Shown piece after piece: positions 51,918 to 64,000 of a stretch of 64,000 nt of DNA. The notes below the pieces were generated by a model. That model was not told where the DNA came from and did not search any database. It saw only the letters and a program-made list of their open reading frames with translations. Source of the stretch: Eledone cirrhosa (lineage: Eukaryota). The stretch is from positions 41,168,001 through 41,232,000 of the forward strand of contig OZ024746.1 of assembly GCA_964016885.1 (NCBI GenBank), written 5' to 3'. The position numbers were made by a program, and so were the translations under genes. How positions within the stretch are numbered: the stretch's first letter is position 1; the number at the start of each line of letters is the position of its first letter.

Positions 51918-52347
51918 TCATCATCATCATCATTTTACGTCTGCTTTTCCCTGCTTGCAAGGGTTGGATGGGTCCTATTCAGCACAACATCTCTCCACTT
52001 GTCACGGTCCTTCGTCATCTCCTCGGTGAGTTTCAGCGATCTGAGGTCTGCTCTCACCACCTCCGCCCATGTTTTACGTGGTCTACCTCTCCTGCGTCTT
52101 ACTTCTACTGGGATTTCTTGGCACTTCTTTACCCAGCAGTCATCCTCCATGCGCATCACATGTCCACACCATCTCAGCCTTCTCTCCTGCACACCACAAC
52201 TTATCCCCCTTATACCAAGTTTCTTTCTGAACTCGTCTATGCTTGGTCGTTCATGCACATTGACATTGTACATCCAACGGAGCATACTTGCTTCATTTCT
52301 CTCCAGCCGTCGCATATCCTCTGCAGTTGCTGACCATGTCTCACTAC
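51918..52347 (-). mobile_element. RTE LINE 3' fragment
   Basis: GSETWSATAEDMRRLERNEASMLRW...RRLRWCGHVMR...GRPRKTW, with a (GAT)n tail. Closely similar to 2967-3345. Confidence 0.92.
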
Positions 52348-52499
52348 CTGTAGAAGCCATTTCTATATTTAATTTTGTATATACTCTACTAATGTATTGA
52401 GTACCTTATTACTGTGGTTACCTCCAATTGAACCCGGGACTCACACACATATATATATATATGGATATATATATATATATGTTATGATATCCAATTCTG

Positions 52500-52885
52500 C
52501 GTAGTTGATGATGGAAGGCAGGACTTCTACATTACTGCATAATGCCAAAAATCTCAATACTGTGTTATTGCCTTTGAGAAGTGTAATTGTACAAGGTCAG
52601 CTTTTATCGCCTCATCCCAAGTCTTCCTAGGTTTTCCTACTCCATAGTGTCTATCAACTTTGAGTACCCTGTACCTTTTTATACAGCTGTCATTCTTCAC
52701 ACGCATCACATGTCCATACCAATGCAATCTCCTCTCCTGCACACTGCATCTCATTCCTCTTTTGCCCAGTTTCTCTCTCTCTTTATTTATGCTTTGTTGT
52801 TCATGTATATTACTATTACACATCCATCAAAGAATGCCAGCTTCATTTCTTTCTAATCTTTGCAGGTCCTCTGCACACAGTACCC
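52500..52885 (-). mobile_element. RTE LINE fragment (family of 13218-15312)
   Basis: MCNSNIHEQQSIN...RRLHWYGHVMR...GKPRKTWDE. Confidence 0.85.
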
Positions 52886-53101
52886 ATAACAAATTTAATA
52901 TAGAAATGGCTTCTACAGGACTGGAACTATTTCATTCGAAGGAAATCATCAAGGGCTTTCCTGGTGATTTCCTTTGAATGAAACAGTTCTAGTCCTGTAA
53001 AAATCATTTCTATATTAAATCTGTTATTTGCACTCTACTAATGTATTGAGTACCTTACTTACTGTGGTTTCCCTCAATTGAATCCAGGACTCTCTCTCTC
53101 T

Positions 53102-53420
<319 letters not shown>

Positions 53421-54201
53421 AGTATAGTACCAGGAATATATATATAAACAAAACAAGGGAAAAATGACATTATCTTTCAAGGCTGGTTTCTGTTTGACCT
53501 TATGTCTATGTCATAGTGAAATGAAATAGAGCTGTAACAATCAATTCTACATGTTTCAAGTTCAAATATTGATTGGGGGAGGGAGGTTAGAACATTTTCC
53601 AGGGTAGGAGAGATATGTGGTTAGATGGAGGTTGGTGGTGGTTAGGTGGCAGTTACTATTATTGATTTATTTCCTTTATTGTGGCAAGTGCTGCAATAAA
53701 AGAAATTGAGCAAGCTCAATAGAAAATTCTGGTTGCCAACTTTGATACTACGGTAACCACAGTGTTGGGGTTGGTTGAGTTCGGCTTCATAAGCGCTAAG
53801 TTGAAAAAGATTTTTTAAAAATCATGGCTGAACTGATAGTTTTCGCTGATACATTTTTCTAGCTTAATTGATCATTTGAATAAAACTGATATTTTTTTCG
53901 TCTGTATTTTATTTTATATAATATTTTTTTTTTATCTCTCTCTCGCCCTCTTCATTCTCTCTTCCTCTTTGATAAATGCTGATATTCCAGGATGTGTGTA
54001 TTGTATGCGAATGCATGGATATGTGTGTATGTTTGTGTGTGAGTATGTGCGTGTGAGTATGTGTGTGTGGGAGTATGTGTGTGTGCATGTGTGTGTATGT
54101 GTGTGTATATATGTCTGCGTGCATTTGTGTGCGTGTATTTGTGTATGTGTATTTGTGTGTGTATGTGTATTTGTGTGTGTATGTGTATTTGTGTGTGTAT
54201 G

Positions 54202-54232
<31 letters not shown>

Positions 54233-54271
54233 GTGTGTGTATGTGTGCGTATTTTTGTGTATATATGTGTG

Positions 54272-54310
<39 letters not shown>

Positions 54311-54599
54311 ATATATATGTGTGTATATCTCTGTATATATGTGTGTGTATGTGTGTGTGTGTGTGTATATGTGTATATATGTGTATATATGTGTGTGTGT
54401 ATGGAGGGAATGTTAAGGTACACTTAATACAAGTAATCCAAGGAAGATGGCTGCAACACTGATTTTGTTGACTCTCTGCTTGAAATGGTTGAGATGAAAG
54501 GAAAATGGGAGATGCTGATAAATAGAGTTAGTTGTAATGGATGGCATAACACAGTGCTAATGTTGCCATGATAGAACTTGTTTGATCACAAACATATAC

Positions 54600-57031
54600 C
54601 AGTTGCAATTTGTTGCTGCTGCTGCTGTTGTTGTTGTTGTTCTTGTCGGTGTTGCTGCTGCTGTGGTTGGTGCTGCTGTTGTTGGTGCTGCTGTTGTTAG
54701 TGTTGCTGTTGTTGGTACTGCTGCTGCTGTTGTTGGTGCTGCTGTTGTTGGTATTGCTGCTGCTGTGGTTGGTGCTGCTGTTGTTAGTGTTGCTGTTGTT
54801 GGTACTGCTGCTGCTGTGGTTGGTGCTGCTGTTGTTGGTGCTGCTGTTGTTAGTGTTGCTGTTGTTGGTACTGCTGCTGCTGTTGTTGGTGCTGCTGTTG
54901 TTAGTGTTGCTGTTGTTGGTACTGCTGCTGCTGTGGTTGGTGCTGCTGTTGTTGGTGCTGCTGTTGTTAGTGTTGCTGTTGTTGGTACTGCTGCTGCTGT
55001 TGTTGGTGCTGCTGTTGTTAGTGTTGCTGTTGTTGGTACTGCTGCTGCTGTTGTTGGTACTGCTGCTGCTGTTGTTGGTACTGCTGCTGCTGTTGTTGGT
55101 GCTGCTGTTGTTAGTGTTGCTGTTGGTGGTACTGCTGCTGCTGTTGTTGCTGCTGTTGTTGTTGGTGTTGCTGTTGTTGGTACTGCTGCTGCTGTTGTTG
55201 GTGCTGCTGTTGTTAGTGTTGCTGTTGTTGGTACTGCTGCTGCTGTTGTTGGTACTGCTGCTGCTGTTGTTGGTGCTGCTGTTGTTAGTGTTGCTGTTGT
55301 TGGTACTGCTGCTGCTGTTGTTGGTGCTGCTGTTGTTAGTGTTGCTGTTGTTGGTACTGCTGCTGCTGTTGTTGGTACTGCTGCTGCTGTTGTTGGTGCT
55401 GCTGTTGTTAGTGTTGCTGTTGTTGGTACTGCTGCTGCTGTTGTTGGTACTGCTGCTGCTGTTGTTGGTGCTGCTGTTGTTAGTGTTGCTGTTGTTGGTA
55501 CTGCTGCTGCTGTTGTTGGTGCTGCTGTTGTTAGTGTTGCTGTTGTTGGTACTGCTGCTGCTGTTGTTGGTGCTGCTGTTGTTAGTGTTGCTGTTGTTGG
55601 TACTGCTGCTGCTGTTGTTGGTACTGCTGCTGCTGTTGTTGGTGCTGCTGTTGTTAGTGTTGCTGTTGTTGGTACTGCTGCTGCTGTTGTTGGTACTGCT
55701 GCTGCTGTTGTTGGTGCTGCTGTTGTTAGTGTTGCTGTTGTTGGTACTACTGCTGCTGTTGTTGCTGCTGCTGCTGTTGTTGGTGCTGCTGTTGTTAGTG
55801 TTGCTGTTGTTGGTACTGCTGCTGCTGTGGTTGGTGCTGCTGTTGTTGGTGCTGCTGTTGTTAGTGTTGCTGTTGTTGGTACTGCTGCTGCTGTTGTTGG
55901 CACTGCTGCTGCTGTTGTTGGTGCTGCTGTTGTTAGTGTTGCTGTTGTTGGTACTGCTGCTGCTGTTGTTGGTGCTGCTGTTGTTAGTGTTGCTGTTGTT
56001 GGTATTGCTGCTGCTGTGGTTGGTGCTGCTGTTGTTAGTGTTGCTGTTGTTGGTACTGCTGCTGCTGTTGTTGGTACTGCTGCTGCTGTTGTTGGTGCTG
56101 CTGTTGTTAGTGTTGCTGTTGTTGGTACTACTGCTGCTGTTGTTGCTGCTGCTGCTGTTGTTGGTGCTGCTGTTGTTAGTGTTGCTGTTGTTGGTACTGC
56201 TGCTGCTGTTGTTGGTGCTGCTGTTGTTGGTGCTGCTGTTGTTAGTGTTGCTGTTGTTGGTACTGCTGCTGCTGTTGTTGGTGCTGCTGTTGTTGGTGCT
56301 GCTGTTGTTGGTACTGCTGCTGCTGTTGTTGGTACTGCTGCTGCTGTTGTTGGTGCTGCTGTTGTTAGTGTTGCTGTTGTTGGTACTACTGCTGCTGTTG
56401 TTGCTGCTGCTGCTGTTGTTGGTGCTGCTGTTGTTGGTGCTGCTGTTGTTAGTGTTGCTGTTGTTGGTACTGCTGCTGCTGTTGTTGGTGCTGCTGTTGT
56501 TAGTGTTGCTGTTGTTGGTACTGCTGCTGCTGTGGTTGGTGCTGCTGTTGTTAGTGTTGCTGTTGTTGGTACTGCTGCTGCTGTTGTTGGTGCTGCTGTT
56601 GTTGGTGCTGCTGTTGTTAGTGTTGCTGTTGGTGGTACTGCTGCTGCTGTTGTTGCTGCTGTTGTTGTTGGTGTTGCTGTTGTTGGTACTGCTGCTGCTG
56701 TTGTTGGTACTGCTGCTGCTGTTGTTGGTACTGCTGCTGCTGTTGTTGCTGCTGTTGTTGTTGGTGTTGCTGTTGTTGGTACTGCTGCTGCTGTTGTTGG
56801 TACTGCTGCTGCTGTTGTTGGTGCTGCTGTTGTTAGTGTTGCTGTTGTTGGTACTGCTGCTGCTGTTGTTGCTGCTGTTGTTGTTGGTGTTGCTGTTGTT
56901 GGTGCTGCTGCTGCTGTTGTTGCTGCTGTTGTTGTTGGTGCTGCTATTGTTGGTGTTGCTGTTGTTGGTGTTGCTGTTGGTGCTGCTGATGATGTTGTTG
57001 GTGGTGGTGGTGGTACTATTTTTGGTACTGC

Positions 57032-57063
<32 letters not shown>

Positions 57064-57304
57064 GTGCCGCTGTTGTTGTTGGTGCTGCTGTTGTTGGTGC
57101 TGTTGTTGTTGGTGCTGTTGCTGTTGTTGTTGGTGCTGCTGATTTTGGTGCTGCTGATTTTGGTGATGAAGTTGCTGTTGTTGTTGTTGGTGCTGTTGCT
57201 GTTGTTGTTGGTGCTGTTGGTGCTGCTGCTGTTGTTGTTGGTGCTGTTGCTGTTGTTTTTCCTATTGCTTTAGCTAGTGTTATTTTTCTTTTATTGATAA
57301 CGAT
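54600..57304 (-). CDS. Mucin-like Thr/Ala/Pro tandem-repeat exon (~900 codons)
   Basis: The frame is stop-free from 57304 to 54560 and encodes repeats of PTTAAAV / PTTATLTTAA / PTTAA. A candidate donor CTG|GTATAT is at 54600, and a polypyrimidine tract lies upstream of 57304. Exact exon ends are uncertain. Confidence 0.7.
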
Positions 57305-57464
57305 TTATAAAAAAACAAAAAACAACAAACAAGCCCCCCCCCCCAAAAAAAATATTGTGTTAAGAAAGAAACAAAAAAAAAAGATGTCTACCATTAATAT
57401 TTCCCACTAACATACTCCCATCTCCATCATCATCATTATCACCACCATTATCACAATCTTCAAT

Positions 57465-57650
57465 GGCGGTGTATTGGCAGTATCAGTAGAGGTTCGGACG
57501 CCATGCTTTCCAGCATAGTTACGTCCCTTTACGATCTGAGTTCAAATCCCGCCGAGGTTAACTTTGCCTTTCATCCTTACGGGGTCGATAAAATAAAGTA
57601 CCAGTAATGCACTGGGTAATTGCTGGCCTTGTGCCTAAAGTAGAAACAAT
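57465..57650 (+). mobile_element. Young MetaSINE-type SINE with 16-bp TSD
   Basis: ATTATCACAATCTTCA at 57447-57462 and 57649-57664. Confidence 0.9.
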
Positions 57651-58759
57651 TATCACAATCTTCATCATCATTATCATCATCATCATCATCCTCATCAACA
57701 TCATCATCCTCATCAACATCATCATCATCATTATAATCGAAATCTTCATCGCCATGATAACCCCTCTCCTCCCCTCCCTCTCCCCCTCCTGATCATTATC
57801 CTCACCATCACCATCACCGACTCTATCATTATTGTCATCATCATCATTGTTGTTATTGTCGTCATCTTCGTTATCATCACCGTCATCAGCATCACCATCA
57901 TCATCATCACCATCACCATCATCATCATCATCATCATCTTCCCCTGTTTAACATTAGTTTCTTTCAAGAAACGTAATGATTGATATAAAAAAAAAAACCT
58001 TGTTCACTAAGGATCCCCTTAAATCTAAAAATTCATCTGTAAACCATTTTATCATTTTCCCCACTTCAAAAATATTATTTTAGCTGTCAAACAATTTACA
58101 GCTATTTTTTTTGCTTTTCTATTAACAATTTTACTAAAAAATGATGAATGCAGCCTGGCTTATTGGTTAAGAAGTTTGCTTCACAATCACAAGGTTTTTG
58201 GTTCAGTCCTACTGTATGACATTTTGTAATTTCTGCCTTGGCATTTCAGTGTTTCTGCTCTTCTCTACAGAGCCAAAACAGTCTATATACAGAATAAGAT
58301 CTCCAGGATATGCAACAGATGCAGTGAGGATAGTGACAAACATACCAGCATGGTGGAATTCCAGAGAGTTCTCACTGAGAACGGCTACCCTACTTCTTTC
58401 ACTAAACACTGAAATGCCAAGGCAGCAACACAATTCTTCCTTTATCACAGAAGAGCCTAAATCTTCTCCAGGTCTGAAGAGAGCAAATTTCTTCCAAAGA
58501 AGGATAGAAGTCAGAACAAGGAGGTAAGAGAGAGATACAGAGGAAGAATTGACTTCAGTACTTTTTTAATCGACCTTGAAAAAATGAAAGGCAAAGTTGA
58601 CCTCAGTGGGATTTGAACTCAGATAGTAGAGAGCTGGAATGAATACCACAAAGCATCCCATCAGATGTTGTAATGACTCTGTCAATTTGTTACTTATTTG
58701 GTGTACTCAGGGTCAAATCTGGGTACTGAAAAGGTTCAATGGGATTGCAGGTAGATTAA

Positions 58760-59014
58760 TAGAAAGTGTAGCCTTTGTATATACCAGGTGCAAATGGATA
58801 GTTGGTAGTAAGAGCTCCAGCGAAATAAACTTTTTCCAATCCTGAGAAAGTTGATACTTTCCCATATCTAGGTGACCTAATTAGCAATGGTGGAGGCTGC
58901 TCTGAAAGAATAGTAGCCATAATATGAGGTGGATGGAAAAAATTAATGGATCTACTACCTCTGTTTGCAACAAAGGGTTTTCTCCTCCAAATAAAGAGTA
59001 GAGTGTATGATGTC

Positions 59015-59017
<3 letters not shown>
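58760..59017 (+). mobile_element. RTE LINE internal fragment
   Basis: VDTFPYLGDLISNGGGCSE...GWKKLMDLLPLFATKGF. Confidence 0.8.
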
Positions 59018-59073
<56 letters not shown>

Positions 59074-59079
59074 CTAGAT

Positions 59080-59560
59080 ACAAGGTGTTTCAGAAAAGAA
59101 ACAGAACTGGGGTTATAAAACAAAAATTTCAAATCTAAACTACAAACTGCAAGTTTTTCCATTCAAAATAACCCCCCTTTCGCATCATTCTCTGCCATGC
59201 TTCCATGAACTAAGATCCATGACTCATCACCAGTGATGACTCTCCCCAGCAAGGCTGGTTCAGTTTCAAGATGCTTGAGGATGTCCTGACACACCTGCAT
59301 GCTCCGCTCCTTCTGGTTATCGTTTAGCAGCTTTTGCATGCCCAATCTTCAGTGATGATCTTCCAAATGCTGTCATGGTTCATGCCCAGCCTGCTTGCGA
59401 TGAGTCAAATAGTCAGCCATGATTGCCACACATCACCTGCCTCACATTCTCAGCTTTGACCACAGTCCAGCTCAATAAAAGCCTTCCACTCCTCAAGTCA
59501 TCTTTCATATTTTGTGGTACTCAAAAACCCATGAGCGCAATATCTTGAGATGTGAGGATC
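59080..59560 (-). pseudogene. mariner transposase remnant
   Basis: QKLLNDNQKERSMQVCQDILKHLETEPALLGRVITGDESWI. Confidence 0.8.
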
Positions 59561-60867
59561 AGAAGAGATGTGAAGTGTTCTGCATTGCAAGGCAGTGTGT
59601 TAGTGTAAATCGAGATGTTGTTGGGGAAAAATGTGTTAGAAATGACACTGGTGCACTTAGCCCCATAGATGCCCAAAAGAAAAAGTTCTGTATGAGCAAG
59701 ACACAGTCACCTGACCTGACTTGCCTCAATGGAACAACCCATCTAACCCATGCTAGCGTGGAAAATTGACGTTAAATGATGATGATGATGATGATATATA
59801 TATATACACATTAAACTGTTAGTGTTTGTGCAAGTATCTGATGGGCTAATTGTATCAGAGACATGTCACATGATTACATAATGGTAGCGTATGTTATATA
59901 ATTACAGTTGGCTTTGAACCATTCATAAAGTGAAATATGTCATGCAAATAAACATCTATTAAACTGTTATTTCACTCTACAATTATTTGATACACAGTCT
60001 ACTGCCTTCGTTGATATCAAACAGATACTAGTATAAACTCATACAACTGTTAACACAAAATATTTGAATCACAAAACAGCATGGAGTGCCAAACATGGTA
60101 ACACCAGCATTTATTGCCTAATAACTGGAATATATATATGTATATATATGTAAATGGTTGTGTCGGCAACACGACAAAAAGTGCCTAGTCCACGCTATAA
60201 AGTGGTTGTGTAGGTGTCGCGAAACATGGTCCTCCAACCTGATCTCTCACAAAGGGACTGCCTGTACTACTAATGCTAGCGTGGAATATGGACATTAAAC
60301 GATGATGATGATGAGGATGATATATATATGATACACTTCTCTTGTCCAACCCATGTATACTAGCATGGGAAGCTGGACATGCTCCCCCACAGTACTGATG
60401 AAATGACAAAACAGCACCAAGTATTGCCTGTAAGGTGGTCATGCTGGTGACACAACAAAAGCTCTTAGTCCACTATGTAAGTTGTTCTTGCTGGAGCACC
60501 CAGTCCACCTTGTAAGGTGGTCATGTTGGTGATAACAAAAATCACCCAGTTCATCCTCTAAAGTGGTTTTGATGGTGACATCACAAAAAACACCCAGGCC
60601 GTCCTGTGAAGTGTTTGTATTGGTGACACAACAAAAATTACCCAGTCCAACCTGTCAGTTGGTCATTTTGGTGCCACAATAAAAAGCACCCAGACAACGC
60701 TGTGGTCGGCATTAGGAAGAACATTGAGCCATAGAAACCAAGCTAGAAACACTTCTGTATGAGAAAGACATGGTCATCTGATCTGACTTGTCTCCCAATG
60801 GGACAACTCATCTAACCCATGTTAACGTGGAAAAATGGATGTTAAAATGGTGATGATAATGATGATA

Positions 60868-60898
<31 letters not shown>

Positions 60899-61248
60899 TA
60901 TCGTCAACATTTTATGTCTGTTTTCTATTATGGTATAGGCTGGGCATATATATATATATGAGCATATATAGAAATAGCTATCCAACTGTTGCTAGCAGGG
61001 AAAATGGAAGTGAAATGAGGATATATATATATAAGGTTAACTTTGCCTTTCATCCTTACGGGGGGTCGATAAAATAAAGTACCAGTAATGCACTGGGTAA
61101 TTGCTGGCCTTGTGTCAAAAGTAGAAACAATTATTATGATCTATATTGCAGATTTTAGAATAGATGCACAGTATCTTTGCATGTTGTATGAGGCAACTAA
61201 AAGGGTTGGCATCAGCAAGGACAGCCAACTATAACTCATTATTTAGCA

Positions 61249-61434
61249 TGGATTGGCAGTATCGGTAGAGGGTCGGAAACCATGCTTTGACGCATAGAGT
61301 TACGGCCCTTGCCATTCTGAATTCAAATCCCGCCAAGGTTAATTTTGCCTTTCATCCTTACGGGGTCGATAAAATAAAGTACCAGTAATGTACTGGGTAA
61401 TTGCTGGCCTTGTGCCAAAAGTAGAAACAATTAT
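61249..61434 (+). mobile_element. MetaSINE-type SINE adjoining a piggyBac-type MITE (61435-61637)
   Basis: ATTATTTAGCAT occurs on both sides. Confidence 0.85.
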
Positions 61435-62286
61435 TTAGCATTTAAACCGACTGTATCCAGCCAGAATTCTCTCAGCTCTTTCAAACTGGCCGTAACTGGC
61501 CACTCATACTGATGTTAAGGTATTGTTCTCAAAATAAATAATATCAAAATCTCATAGATTCGATATTATGTGAGATAAAGCCTTTACTGCAAAAATACAA
61601 TAGTATATATAGAGTAATGTAAATGCTAAAGGGTTAAAATATCCTGTTCAACCCATGCCAACATGGAAAAATGGACATAAAATCGATAATGATGATGATA
61701 ACCACATTTACATTTACACACACACACATGCACACTCATACACCTGACGGACATGTATGTCAAATAATTGAATATTCCTAAATATATATAGAAAAAATTG
61801 AAATATAGACAATAAGGTTTTCAAAGATATTGCTGGAGTATCATTTAACAGCAAAACATGGAAATGTATTCATTCTTCTTTTCAATAAGATGTGCTCTTT
61901 TCAACAAATGTATTTTGCTTCTAAAGAAAGGAAAATATTAATAAAGAAGAATGACTCCCCCACTCCAAATAAAGAAAAACGAGCCCCCCTCAAAATATAT
62001 ACCCCCCCCCCTCACCAAAAAACAAAAAAAAAAGTGGGAAAAAAAAATCAATGACACCCCTTCCTCCCCCGCTCTGTTTCTCCATTAAAACTAATCAAAT
62101 CATCGGATCTCATAATGTCCTCATGTTTCGATGGTAGACTGTAAACTGAGAAAATTTCTTGAACAAATAAGTAAACAATAGAGAAAATACAAACTGAAAT
62201 GAGAAAAGACACTAACAACAACAGCAACAATAACAATAAAAATAATGACAACAACAAAAACAATGATAACAACAACATTCACTTAC

Positions 62287-62349
62287 GCAAAACACAAAAA
62301 AATTGTTAAGTTTATTTTTTCTGTGTTGCAGTAAAAGATATATTAGCAG
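62287..62349 (-). other. Candidate small exon of the mucin-like gene
   Basis: TTGCAG acceptor and strong GC|GTAAGT donor. It encodes hydrophobic (I)NLTIFLCFA. Confidence 0.4.
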
Positions 62350-62359
62350 CTGCAATAGA

Positions 62360-63890
<1,531 letters not shown>

Positions 63891-64000
63891 AATATTAAAG
63901 GCTGCAGAGATAGGTAGCATAGCTGCCATTACAGATATCATTTTTTCAAAGACAGAATGCAAATGGGATTGTAATTGTTTTTCCTTGTTGCAATGCTCAC

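Noticed and set aside
53700-53905. Possible SEA-domain exon downstream of the mucin exon
   Set aside because: All minus-strand frames contain stops and the resemblance is too weak to call.
54420-54480. GPI-signal-like RVNKISVAAIFLGLLVLSVP* after the mucin exon
   Set aside because: No acceptor puts it in frame with the phase-2 donor at 54600.
54582-57410. 942-aa poly-V/A/G and 887-aa poly-Leu plus-strand ORFs
   Set aside because: These are antisense shadows of the mucin repeat. The repeat composition precludes stops, and the minus-strand PTS frame is the plausible one.

Overview
This is AT-rich eukaryotic DNA with dense repeats and many (TA)n/(CA)n/(GAT)n microsatellites. The SINE and RTE-LINE content suggests an invertebrate, probably an octopus-like mollusc (inference). 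Most of the window is decayed mobile DNA: RTE, CR1, Tx1, R4/Dong and Penelope-like retroelements, tRNA-derived SINEs, and Tc1/mariner, hAT and piggyBac-type MITEs. The centrepiece is a nested stack at about 37.0-46.9 kb: an R4/Dong-like LINE is interrupted by a hAT transposon, which carries a compact 4,144-bp LTR retrotransposon (39845-43988, minus strand, TSD CTTAC) inserted in the transposase GQAYDGA motif. The most unusual signal is this element's primer-binding site. It lacks the canonical TGG start and is the exact complement of the first 12 nt of eukaryotic tRNA-Phe (GCCGAAATAGCT), and it is conserved in a second, diverged LTR fragment at 38154-38467. The only convincing host coding sequence is a ~2.7-kb Thr/Ala/Pro mucin-type repeat exon on the minus strand (54600-57304), with candidate upstream signal-peptide exons near 62.1-62.35 kb. 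All family calls come from reading motifs by eye; no searches were run.
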